A DNA stretch of 64,000 nt, taken from positions 56,792,001-56,856,000 of the forward strand of contig NC_092344.1 of NCBI RefSeq assembly GCF_963676685.1. Reading direction: 5' to 3'. The notes beneath the pieces are model-generated. The model saw only the letters and a list, made by a program, of their open reading frames with translations. It made no database searches and was not told the origin of the DNA. A program made the translations under genes and the position numbers. This document shows positions 35,401 through 46,200 of the stretch, piece after piece. The number at the start of each line of letters is the position of its first letter. Positions within the stretch are counted from its first letter, which is position 1. This DNA comes from Mytilus edulis. Its lineage: Eukaryota.

Positions 35401-38400
35401 TGAATGATTAATGCAACCATTATACTTTTGCTTATGTTTTAGAGATATAAGCCAAACCTGAATTTTACCCTTATGTCCTATTTTTAGCCATGTCAGTCAT
35501 TTTGGTTGGCAAGCAGGGTCATTAGACACATTTTTTAATAGGTTATGGCCAAGTTTGGTTTACTTTGTCTCATTAGTCTCAGAGGAGAAACTTTTTGTAA
35601 AGATTACAAAACTTTACACAAAAATCTTCAAATTTGACCATAAAGGGCAGTAACTCCTTTAGGGGTCAATTGACCATTAGGTAATATTGACTTATTTGTA
35701 GATATTACTTTGCTGAACATTATTTCTGTTTACAGATTATCTCTGTCTATAATAATATTGAAGATGGTTTCTGAGAAATAAGCAAAAATCTACATTTTAC
35801 CCCTATGTTCTATTTTTAGCCATGGCGAACATCTTGGTAGGCAGGACGGGTCATCAACACATTTTTTAAACAAGATACACTAATGATGATTGTGGCCAAG
35901 GGTGGTTGAATTTGGTCCAGTAGTTTCAGAGGAGAAGATTTTTTATAAAGTTAAATGCATATATATATGATGACGAAGGACGCCAAGTGATGAGTAAAGC
36001 TCACTTAGCCCTTTGGGCTAGTTTAGCTAATAAAAGGAGCAAATTAGAATGTATTAAAAATGTCGTCAGTAAAAATATCAAATTTTTTAGCTTTCTTGAA
36101 TTACATACCTGTAACTAATATGATGGATGTAGAATGGTGCTGTCAGTTTGATGATCAGCGTAGGTAATATATCTGCCAGCAGAATAGCCTGTTAAAAGGA
36201 TGTAAAATCATAAGTAAATGGACAGATGAATTTATATCTAGACTGATACAATGAAATGAATCAAATATAATACTTTATTAATAATCAATATTGAGTATCA
36301 TATTGCCTTAAACAGAAAAGATAATATTCTTTAGATTTCTGTCCATTATTCTCTGTTCGTTATATTTTAACACTCCATTATTCTTTATTTTTTGGATAAC
36401 TTTTTCTTAATTATATTTTGGCCCGTTTTTCTTTAGTATCGGTCTATTTTTCTCCTTTCTCTTAGTCCCATCCAGACCCTTATTAAGAGGGTTTAAATAC
36501 ATCACTTTCTTATAACTAATTTAACATATGAATTGGTCCTCTACTCATCAATAAGTATAGGTTTGTAACTTTGAATTCATCTACTTACTCCTGTGGATAT
36601 TTCATTGCACTGCATGTAATGCTCATCGACTGGTTCAGTTGTAGTTGTCTCCTAAAATATTAAAAATTATTTGATTATTCAACAACAGTTGTAATGATAA
36701 AGATAGATTGATGCACTTTTTAGTCCTGTTTTTATCTGAGACTCCCATATCTGCTCAATCCCTACCCTTAATTTCACAAAAAAAATTAAAAAAGAAACAT
36801 TTATGATGAATAATTCATTTGCAAGTGAATAGTTCAACCTAATTGAATCTGTATTCATGTGAACTTCAATTAAGCCCTTAGCAAGATATGGATACCGCAT
36901 GCATTGTGAGTGTTCAGTGGTTTAAAAGAAAAGAATGTCAGCATTGAAAGTGAAACAAAGGTTTTAATCATTTAATTGACTAATTCGATCCAAAAAAAGC
37001 ATTCTTATACACGTAAAAGGATGATTAACATATATTTTTAATCTGTCATATAAAATTAATCAGACCTAGAAAAATCCAAATGCACAGTCTTAAATCTATC
37101 TATATCTATACTATATTTATGTTTATATCCCTTAAATGGCAATCAATTACGAAACGTTCTGGATCCGCCACTGTAAGCTAAATACTTTTGACATCCGAAA
37201 TTATTTTTCCTGAAACATTAGTTAAACCGCCGATACATCACTTTGAATTCATCATGCTTTGCATTGCCAAAAGCCAATTTTGTCCGGTATGGAACCAGTC
37301 CATGATTGACAAAGGGAATTAATTTGTTTAAAAAGTGTGTAATAACAGAATCAAATTGGTAATTGGCAAATGGATTATTAGATTGTGTCTAGACTAAAAT
37401 ACAGTACAAGGAATGAAGCTACATATTTTTGTGCCCATGTACAGTATATTGTTTATTTTAGACTTTGTATAAATTTAATAAATGTTTTACATTGTTATAA
37501 ACCAAACATTTTGTCAAATAAGAGAACTTGAGTCAGATTGGTGAACATTAATTTGACAACTAGTGCCCCTTTAAACTGTAAAATTGGATTTTTCTTAATT
37601 ATTGGAAGGTAATTTTAACTTCCCAACACTTAAATTACAACCTATTAAAATATCTATGTTTAAACATTTTCTGGCATAAATTTTAGATTTGAATATACCT
37701 CATCCTAGACAGTTTCTTAAATGATATACATCTACTTACATTATGATGAACTTCAGCACCTTTTTCTTGTTCTTTCAGTATATCATGAGCTGCACTCAAC
37801 ATTATCACATAGGCAAAATTATTACATAATCCAAGTATCCTATCAAAAATGTGGAGCAAAATCAGTCATTTGTTAGAAGAATGTTTACATTGATAAAGTT
37901 ACATGTAAATCAAGGCCTAATTGTTTTGTTTATTAATACATGTCATGGGACTTGAGAATACATGTATGTGGAGCTCTATTTTCAAATGGACTAGGTTCGA
38001 CTTTTCTAACTAAGACTCTGATTACAAGAATTTTTATGAAGGAAAATAACTACTTAAATTATAAATGAGACTTTTTATTAATTGCCAACCTGATATGGTC
38101 ATGTCCCATTCATAAAAACATCGCAATAATTTTTGAATTTACAGTATATATTCATTTACCTAGTCATCAGTATAAGAATATTGATCAATTCATAAAAAAA
38201 TACATGTGTGTCTTGGTATAATACAATATATATATTCTGAATACTTTTGTATAAAACATACAATTATATAAATAAAATTAACGGTACCAATTTTCTTGCA
38301 CCAGATGCGCATTTCGACAATACATGTCTCTTCAGTGATGCTCGTGGCCAAAATATTTGAAATCCAAAGCTTATATAAAAGATGAAGAGCTATAATCCAA

Positions 38401-41400
38401 AAGGTCAAAAAAGTATAGCCAAATCTGTGAAAGGAATTAGAGCTTTGCATGAGGGAGATAAATTCCTTAATTTATAAATAATTCTATAATAATTTCTATC
38501 ATAAAAATATACATATAAATTACAATGTAATATTTTATGTGTATACTTACCAGAAACCAATCAAGTTTCTTTTCTTATCAAATGAAGACAATACATTGCC
38601 TGTGGCATCTGTGAAAAAAAGATTTCAAAATATGAAATGTTGGACATCTGATATTATTTGCTTCACTAAGTTAACTGGAAGGAAATGGATGGCCAGGATC
38701 CAATGCAAATCACTGATATTTGTACAAGAAAATAGACCCTGCTTGCAATTTCGTCTACATTTTTAAATAAAATTTTTGAAATCTTGAGATCAATAATTGT
38801 ATATTAAGTTGTGTAATGAGCTGTATAATAAGGTAAACAGACAGAAGGTCCGAGACCACAAGACGAATATAGTCCCTAGTGTTGACAGTGGGTTACTGAA
38901 ATTACACTGTAAAAAAATTTGGGTCCAGAATTTTAAAGGAAAGTAGTGATTTGGTCCAGATGAAAAAGGTTGAAAATTAGCACTTCGGAAGCTGTCAAAA
39001 GATTTCAAGACGCCCTAAACATAAAATTGTCCATATTTTGAGTTAGAGCCGATGAAGTTTTCTATAATTTTGATATAATTTTGTCCCAAAAGTAGTACAA
39101 CACACTGTAAAAGTTTCTTTGAGAAAGTGCAGGTGGGATTTTTTTAATTTTCATTTATGTTCTAAAAGAAATGCACTACGAAATAATTGTGGTCTCGGAC
39201 CAAAAAGTCACAGGACAAAAAGTTACCGGACATAAAGTCACAAATTTGATAGGACAAAAAGTCACAGGACAAAAAAGGACAAAAAGTCACAAATAATTTT
39301 GTGACAATTGTTTTAATATACATGTATATATATATATTTTTTTTACATATTCATTTTTAAGTTAAGGAAATTGCTCATAAACCTTGATAAATGAAAATGT
39401 ATTAAATTTTAATCATGTAAAATATATATTTATTGGCAAAATAAAGCCATTTAAGTACCAAGCCACTTTGACATTTTGTTTTCATAACAATTATTTGATC
39501 ATTATTGATATTTATTGAATAAATTTTAATAACAAAGGGCTTTATATATAAAAATATCAAGAAAAATGCAAAAAAAATATTTTCAAAATAAGTGTTTTCT
39601 TGTTCAAAGAAAAATAATCTCAAATCTGAATTGTTACTTTTTGTTTGTGACTTTTTGTCTGTGACTTTTGTCCTTTGAGCTTCTGTCCTACATTCATGTC
39701 AAGTGTCTATTCAATTATGTAATACCGGGTACAACATATTGTCAAATTAGATTGGCATCAGCATGATCAGAGTGGAAGTATTCCAATAAATAATCACACA
39801 TAAATTGTTATTTGTAAATTAACATGATTAAGACAGTTGTCAATCATACTTGTACTGTTGTATCAGTAATAATACTATTTGAAAGGAAAAAATATGTTGA
39901 ATGATTCAGACAACTACATTGCAATTCATGCCTAATCAATAATGAATAAAGAAAAGGATCTTTGAGTTACTTTTGAGTCAAATTGAAGTATTAAAAAAAA
40001 TTATAAGTAGTATTGTTAATTAAACACAGAGGAAATTTCTCAATGCATCATTCTTTTGACTATACATGTACAAATGTACATGCTATATGGACATGATGGA
40101 TCAGGATATGTTTCTTACTTTTTAAAAGTCAATTGTTTGTCAACTGTTTAAAAAAGGGGGTCTCATTGGGGGGGGGGGGGTTCTGATCCTGCTTACTGTT
40201 TTGTCAGATTCCTGTATCCCGCTTACACTATGTACGTAAGCAATTCTCAGTATTTTGTAATTTCCTGTGTACCGCTAAACTTCATTTCCTGTTTTCACGG
40301 CACAATAATTTTACTTTCATGTGTCACCCTTACAAAAAATCGACAATCCCGCGTCACGCTTAGACCCCAATGAGACCCACAAATAGTGTTACATGTGTTT
40401 GATCTTTTAAAAGATATTTGTAATTTGATATCTGTTCAAGGAAGGGTCACAAAACTTGTTTCAGATATAAAAAAAATAAGTTATGAAGATTTATAACTTT
40501 CATTGTGATTACCAAAGTTGGAAAAAACATCATGAACATGATTCACAGTTGGTCTACACTAAAGAGCTTTACATGTATGGTTTTGAGGATATTACAATTT
40601 AACTGGATGTACAATGTATCTTTATACTTTAGCACCATTTTATTCAAATAAACTAGAGGTCACTCTTTAAAACTTTTGAAGAAACATTGTAAAATTGTAG
40701 GATGAGACATAGATTAATAAATCCTTTTCAATACACCTTATTGCTATTCGGTAATCTGTTCCCCTTGACCAGAAAATCTACCCTGCTTGAACTATTGACG
40801 CATACAACAATCACTTTTCCATTGTGGCATCAGATATTTTGTATTATAATGCCAAAATTTTACAGGAACCTTGATAATGTTCAGCAATGCCAGACAAATA
40901 GAGACAAGGTCTATTTAGAGTGATAGATCAGTGGAATGACCTGTCAGGTTTTTTTAAAGGCCTTTGAATGATTTGGTTGAATTTGGAGTTTTGGTCTTCC
41001 AACAGACTATTGGAATCCCAATGGGTACCAATTGTGCTCCTCTACTTGCAGATTTGTTTTTGCATTCCTATGAAGCAGAATTTATCCAAGGGCTTGTACA
41101 GAAAGGAGAAAAGAAATTAGCCCAGTCTTTTAATTTCACCTAAAGTTCGGTATATTGATGATGTACTCTCTCTTAATAATAATAGATTCAGTGATCACTT
41201 ACATTTAATATATCCAAGTGAACTTGATATTAAAGATACTACAGACACAGATAAATCTGCTTCATATTTAGACCTCTTTTCTCGAAATGACTACTGTTGG
41301 TAGGTTAAATACCAAAATTTATGACAAACGCGATGATTTTAATTTTCCTATAGTTAACTTTCCATTTCTGTGTAGCAATATCCCAGCAACACCAGCAAAT

Positions 41401-43182
41401 GGAGTATATGTGTCTCAATTGAAACGTTACTCTAAAGCTAGCTCAAAGTACATTGATTTTGTTGAACGAGGAATACTGCTTTCTCAAAAGTTGCTAAGAC
41501 AGGGCTATGAATCTATCAAATTAAGGTCATCACTCAAGAAATTTAATGGTTGCCATCATGAGCAGGTTGACCATTATGTCAAAAGTGTGTCAGAAATCAT
41601 ATCTGATATTCTTCCTCAGGCATAATAACCTGCCATCATTACCGAACTGAACAAAGAAATAACATGATGGGTGCCATATAGGGTGCAGCAAATGCTTACC
41701 CTTCCGGAGCACCTGATTTCACTCCAATTTTTTTAGTGGAGTTCGTGTTGTTTCTTATTTATTAATTGTAACTGTTGATGTAAATGTCTTTTGGTTTTAT
41801 GAGTCTTTGTTTACTCCTTGGTTTTGATTGTTATTGTTTATACCGTAATAAAGTTAGCTTTAAATGATGAAAACAGGAACCTGTATAAGATTATAAATTC
41901 AAGTTCACTGCAAATACCTATAAAAAGAAGTGTTACTTCAATATCATTACTTGAGCATGTTGAGTAGAAATTCTCACTACAACATTTCCAAGATAATATT
42001 CTATATTATCTACAGTGAATGAAGAAAAGGATCTGGGAGAAACTTTCGAGTCTAATTTTAAAATTTGAGAAACATATATGTGATATATATACATGTAACA
42101 AAGCGCAGAGAGTGTTATCATGGTTATCTCTTATTCATCATTCTTTTGATTACATAGATCAAGATATGTTTCTTACTATTTATAAATCAATAGTGCATCT
42201 GTTGTAAGAATATATGCGACATGTGTCTGGTCACCGTACCTTAAAAGACATAGATATGCAAACTGAAATCTGTACAAAGAAGGGCCACGTCTGAAACTTG
42301 TAAAAAATATATACAATGTATCATCTTAATTTTGAAGATAGACTACGTTCATTGGGTTTGACAACCTTGGAATATCGTAGGGATAGGAATGATATGATAC
42401 AAATCTACAAGGCTTTGCATGGTATAAATGACATCAACTGGATGAGCCTATTTACTTTAGCCCCATCTAATAATACTATATAGGTCTCTCAATAAAACTT
42501 TTTAAAAAACAGTGCAAGACGACACTCAGACTAAATACTTTTTCAATTAGAGTAGTGGATCAGTGGAATAACCTGTCAGATTTAACTGTGACGGCAAAGA
42601 CCTAGAATAATTTTAAGTCTGCATTAAATGGTGAAAATTGGAACCCGTATAAATTCATATGTTCGTGTTAAGTGTTCAGCTGTGCACACCTAAATAAGTT
42701 TTTTAATAAGTCTATATATATAAATATATTATTATGAGATGAAAAATCATATTTCGACAATCCAAGATGAGGGGTCAGTCTAGTAGAAGTGGTTTGACTT
42801 ATGTAACAACCCGAAGATAAAGGTATAACATATATAACATGTATAATTGAGCCAGCGATTTTATTTTTTTTTTATCTGAAAAGAATATCAAAGACACATA
42901 AATATGACTATCAAACCATTGTTTACACCAAGGATTTATGATATTTTTTTTAGTGAGTCAATACAAATCTTTGTTTACAAATTATACATCCAAATGCAAA
43001 GAAAAAGGTCAGAGAATGGAAACAGACTTTTTTTTTTTGGTCATATGACATGTATGATAGACATAGAAAACTTCAAAATATATTTGTGTATGTGTCATTG
43101 AATTAAACAAAATTATAAATATACTTTGCATGTTTTCTCTAAAACTAAGCTCATCTTTTGAACGTGTTTCATTTTCATTCAT
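26481..43182 (-). CDS. CLN3: Battenin / CLN3 lysosomal transmembrane protein, 15 coding exons, 434 aa
   Basis: Minus-strand exons 43182-43125 ([19 protein letters not shown]), 38608-38551 (..KRNLIGFW), 37839-37740 ([21 protein letters not shown]..), 36651-36589 (..CNEISTG), 36188-36109 ([19 protein letters not shown]..), 34723-34638, 33990-33918 (..[15 protein letters not shown]), 33356-33213 (..[18 protein letters not shown]..), 31621-31521, 30747-30698, 30235-30167 (..[12 protein letters not shown]), 29446-29391 (..QYRW), 28764-28671 ([15 protein letters not shown]..), 27220-27080 (..[14 protein letters not shown]..), 26612-26481 (..[12 protein letters not shown]). All GT-AG, phases consistent, 1305 nt. 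Exon 1 is inferred from phase and position (~0.75); the rest carry CLN3 family motifs. Confidence 0.95.
27966..28355 (+). repeat. Abundant dispersed SINE-like repeat; partial copies at 17936-18120 (-), 18850-18975, 30000-30105, 47340-47405
   Basis: Shared ..gaagacctgttggtgacc..gggttgttgtctctttgacacattccccatttccattctcaattttat end. Confidence 0.8.
30962..31122. mobile_element. Short MITE, CAGTGG..CCTCTG termini, 5-bp TSD (ATAAA)
   Basis: cagtggtggatccag..aaatccgcctctg; ATAAA at 30957-30961 and 31123-31127. Related fragment at ~4818-4957. Confidence 0.78.
32035..33162 (-). mobile_element. HINE-like element (family C) with ~147-bp tandem repeats and GCC microsatellite, CLN3 intron 8
   Basis: gaaccatgaaaatgaggtcaaggtca at ~32180, 32327, 32474, 32621, 32770, 32922. 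(GCC)n at 33061-33117; terminal hairpin ctgcatcaaaagttgcag. Confidence 0.8.
35355..36030 (-). mobile_element. Older HINE family B copy in CLN3 intron 5
   Basis: Same termini (aactag..gtcgctcacct; gctcacttagccctttgggc..agctaa) and about one unit of the 502-bp repeat. Confidence 0.78.
38272..38482 (-). mobile_element. Dispersed repeat carrying the hammerhead (possibly Penelope pLTR- or retrozyme-derived)
   Basis: Decayed relatives at 24870-24902 plus 25248-25300 and ~27895-27965. Origin is inferred. Confidence 0.6.
38298..38341 (-). ncRNA. Minimal type I hammerhead ribozyme (CLN3 intron 2, sense strand)
   Basis: Minus strand: GCAUCA-CUGAAGA-GACA ugua u UGUC-GAAA-UGCGCA-UC^-UGGUGC. All core nucleotides present; stem I 6 bp, stem II 4 bp, palindromic stem III (AUGCGCAU). 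Confidence 0.85.
38847..39201. mobile_element. MITE with perfect 15-bp TIRs (GGTCCGAGACCACAA), nested in the end of a foldback element
   Basis: ggtccgagaccacaa at 38847 and ttgtggtctcggacc ending at 39201. Confidence 0.82.
39202..39696. mobile_element. Foldback-type element with inverted arrays of ggacaaaaagtcaca
   Basis: Direct repeats at 39202-39290, reverse-complement repeats at 39632-39690. Confidence 0.7.
40156..40380. mobile_element. MITE with GGGTCTCATTGGGG TIRs
   Basis: gggggtctcattgggg .. ccccaatgagacccac. Confidence 0.75.
40940..41840 (+). mobile_element. Penelope-like retroelement 3' fragment (RT palm and thumb, 3' tail)
   Basis: [27 protein letters not shown], then ORF 41287-41625 ([40 protein letters not shown]). 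One stop and frameshifts. Confidence 0.88.
41870..42670 (+). mobile_element. Decayed CR1-type LINE 3' fragment; a second older fragment at ~40380-40720
   Basis: [46 protein letters not shown] across broken frames. Confidence 0.8.
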
Positions 43183-43274
43183 TTCAATATAGACTGACAG
43201 CTGACATGTAGAACTCTTTCATAAAGAAGATATGAAAACTAGAAAATGTAAACACCCGAAGCGTTCCGAAAAGA
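43183..43274. promoter_or_regulatory. Putative bidirectional promoter / 5' UTR region shared by CLN3 and HAUS7
   Basis: 92 bp between divergent ATGs. Local CpG cluster (cccgaagcgttccgaa). YY1-like AGAATGGCGGC overlaps the HAUS7 start; TGACAGCTGACA near 43195. Confidence 0.6.
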
Positions 43275-46200
43275 ATGGCGGCATCTTTCAAAGGGAATAC
43301 AAAAAGCCAAAAACTTTCAAAATCTTTTAAAGACAGACTAGATGTACAAGTTTATAGTTTATTATAAGAGCCTCCATTTGCATAACACTGTTCTGTGTTA
43401 AGATAGAGCAGAAATTAATATGTTATTTTTGTGTAATGATATTCGTCAAAGACAAAGTTATTCACTTGTCCAAACTTGTTGTTATGCTAGAAATTGTGTG
43501 AACATTTCAATCACTTGTTTCTAAGTAAAATATTCCCACATTTTTAGAAAACGTTAATCTTACCAACCTTAATATTTACTGGCAATAAATAAAACCTAAT
43601 TCTAAGCAGCAAGGTACCTCAGTTTTCAAATCTACATGTACATACTCATCATGTTACATGTAGCTGCGGAACCGTAGGCGTAGCTCTTAAGTCCTAATGA
43701 TTTTATTAACTTATGTTATTTTTATAGTATTTGCGGGACGGTCTGCAAAATAAAAAGAATATAAAAAGGACCATAAGAGTTACGGTTATGCAGCTATCTT
43801 CAATCATGCTTAAATAAATATATATATACATGTATACAAGTTGGGTGCAAGACAACCCCAGTCATGATTCATCTACAAATAAGAAAAAATTTGGACTGTC
43901 TATAAAGTCACACAATGTCACCTCAAACACAGTATTAAAGGCAGTTTTGACTTTGTAAAGGATTAAATGAGTGTCTTAGTCTATGACGAAAAAACCCAAC
44001 ATATTCAGACATAAAGAAGAGAATTAAGTCTTATAGACATCATCTAAGTAACTCAGACAACCTGATCATCATCATCTCTAATGCCAACTCAGATATTCAT
44101 GTAGTATAAAGGGAGATTTTATTATCATTTCGACGATATAAATAATTGAATAAGACAGTGTCTACGACAAAAAAGACCATTGAGGACTGTATATAAATTG
44201 TCTCTCAATAGTCTTTATTATAACTAAGACAATTCAGTTCACAACAAAATGCACTTAAACAAACTGTCTTTAAATGTGTGAGCACACTTTTTAAGGAGGT
44301 GACTGAGTGTTTTGTCCTTCCTGGCATACTGACAATCTGATTTGACTTAATCATGTTAATACAGGACTTTAAACAAATTCAATCTCAACTTTTTTGGCTT
44401 ATTATTTCAGTTTTAGGGCTTTAAACAAATTCAATCTCAACTTTTTTGGCTTATTATTTCAGTTTTAGGGCTTTAAACAAATTCAATCTCAACTTTTTTG
44501 GCTTATTATTTCAGTTTTAGGCGCTAGGACTTTAAACAAATTCAATCTCAACTTTTTTGGCTTATTATTTCAGTTTTAGGCGCTAGGACTTTAAACAAAT
44601 TCAATCTCAACTTTTTTGGCTTATTATTTCAGTTTTAGGCGCTAGGACTTTAAACAAATTCAATCTCCACTTTTTTGGCTTATAATTTCAGTTTTATAAT
44701 CTTTTAATTGCCTGCAGAGTTAAACCAGTGACTTGAAATTTTAATTTACTGCATCTCCACTAAGCATGTAGCATTTATACCAGCAAGAATTACAATAAAG
44801 AAAACAAAATGTTCTAAATGCCAAAAGTAAGGTTGCTAACTGAAGTTTTTGCCCTTTTAATTTTCCTATTAAAATTATATTTTTTGTCTAAAATTTAGAT
44901 TTTTGACATACCTGTGAGGGATTCAAGCTCTAAGGAAACTCTTGTTTTTTTCCTTTTTATGCCCCACCTACGATAGTAGAGAGGCATTATATTTTCTGGT
45001 ATGTGCGTCTGTTCATTCGTCCGTCTGTTAGTTCGTTTGTCTGTCCGTCTGTCTCGCTTCAGGTTAAAGTTTTTGGTCAAGGTACTTTTTGATGAAGTTG
45101 ACAATGAGCATGAGTTGAAGTCCAATCAACTTGAAACTTAGTACACATGTTCCTTATGATATGATATTTCTAATTTTAATGCCAAATTAGAGTTTTTATC
45201 CCACTTTCACGGTCCACTGAACATAGAAAATGATAGTGCGAGTGGGGCATTCGTGTACTGGGGACACATTCTTGTTTTTTTATCTTTTAATCACAATTTT
45301 ATGTAAAGCATGTACAGTGCCAGATATAATTGTTATTTCCTGACATATGAAAAAAGGTTATTCCTGACAGATGGAAAAAAATATATAATCTGTTAATAGT
45401 GTAACTATAAATAACCATTTAAGACCTAGAAATGAATTGAAACAACTGATATTATATTCTCAAGCATGAAATAAAATTTTATTTGTACAAGATAACAAAG
45501 AAATTGATAAAATAGATACACATGACAAGATATATCATTATAATAACAAAACATTGTAGCACTGGGAGTAAACTAGGACTTCTCTTTTTAACATTCATCA
45601 AACCTTGTAGATAGATACCTACCATGCTCAGGGTTCTCACTATCAAAGGATTTTTTTTAGACAATTCAGCATGTTCAGTGACTCATCATTTTTGGCCATT
45701 ATGTGTGCAAAAACATGAACAGTGGGGAATGAAATTTTACTGCTTTACAGTTCAGTAACTCAATTTCCATGCATATGTTAAAATATAGCCATGACAGCAT
45801 GGAAATGGCATCAAAATTTTATTGTTTTAACATGTTTAAAAACTTTTGTAATGAAATGATGCTATGCATACATGTATGTATGAGATCAGTTAATCATGTT
45901 AATTCAACATTATACATTTTTTATGCATTTTCAGACTTCTCTTTTTTATGATAATAAAATGAAAGTTTACTAATACTTTAAAAATATCTCTGGTAATAAT
46001 ATAAAACAGAAACCTCGAACATGAAACCTACAAATCTCTCTTTTACTACAATATCATGAAGAAAAAGTCTGCTTATTTGTCCATGATACATCTGTAATTG
46101 TTAATATTTCTTCCTTTCAGAAAATCGGCTGCCCTTACACAGAAGGTGTTGATGATTCATGGATAACTGAGCTTATCTTCAAACCAGGAGAACCTCGGAT

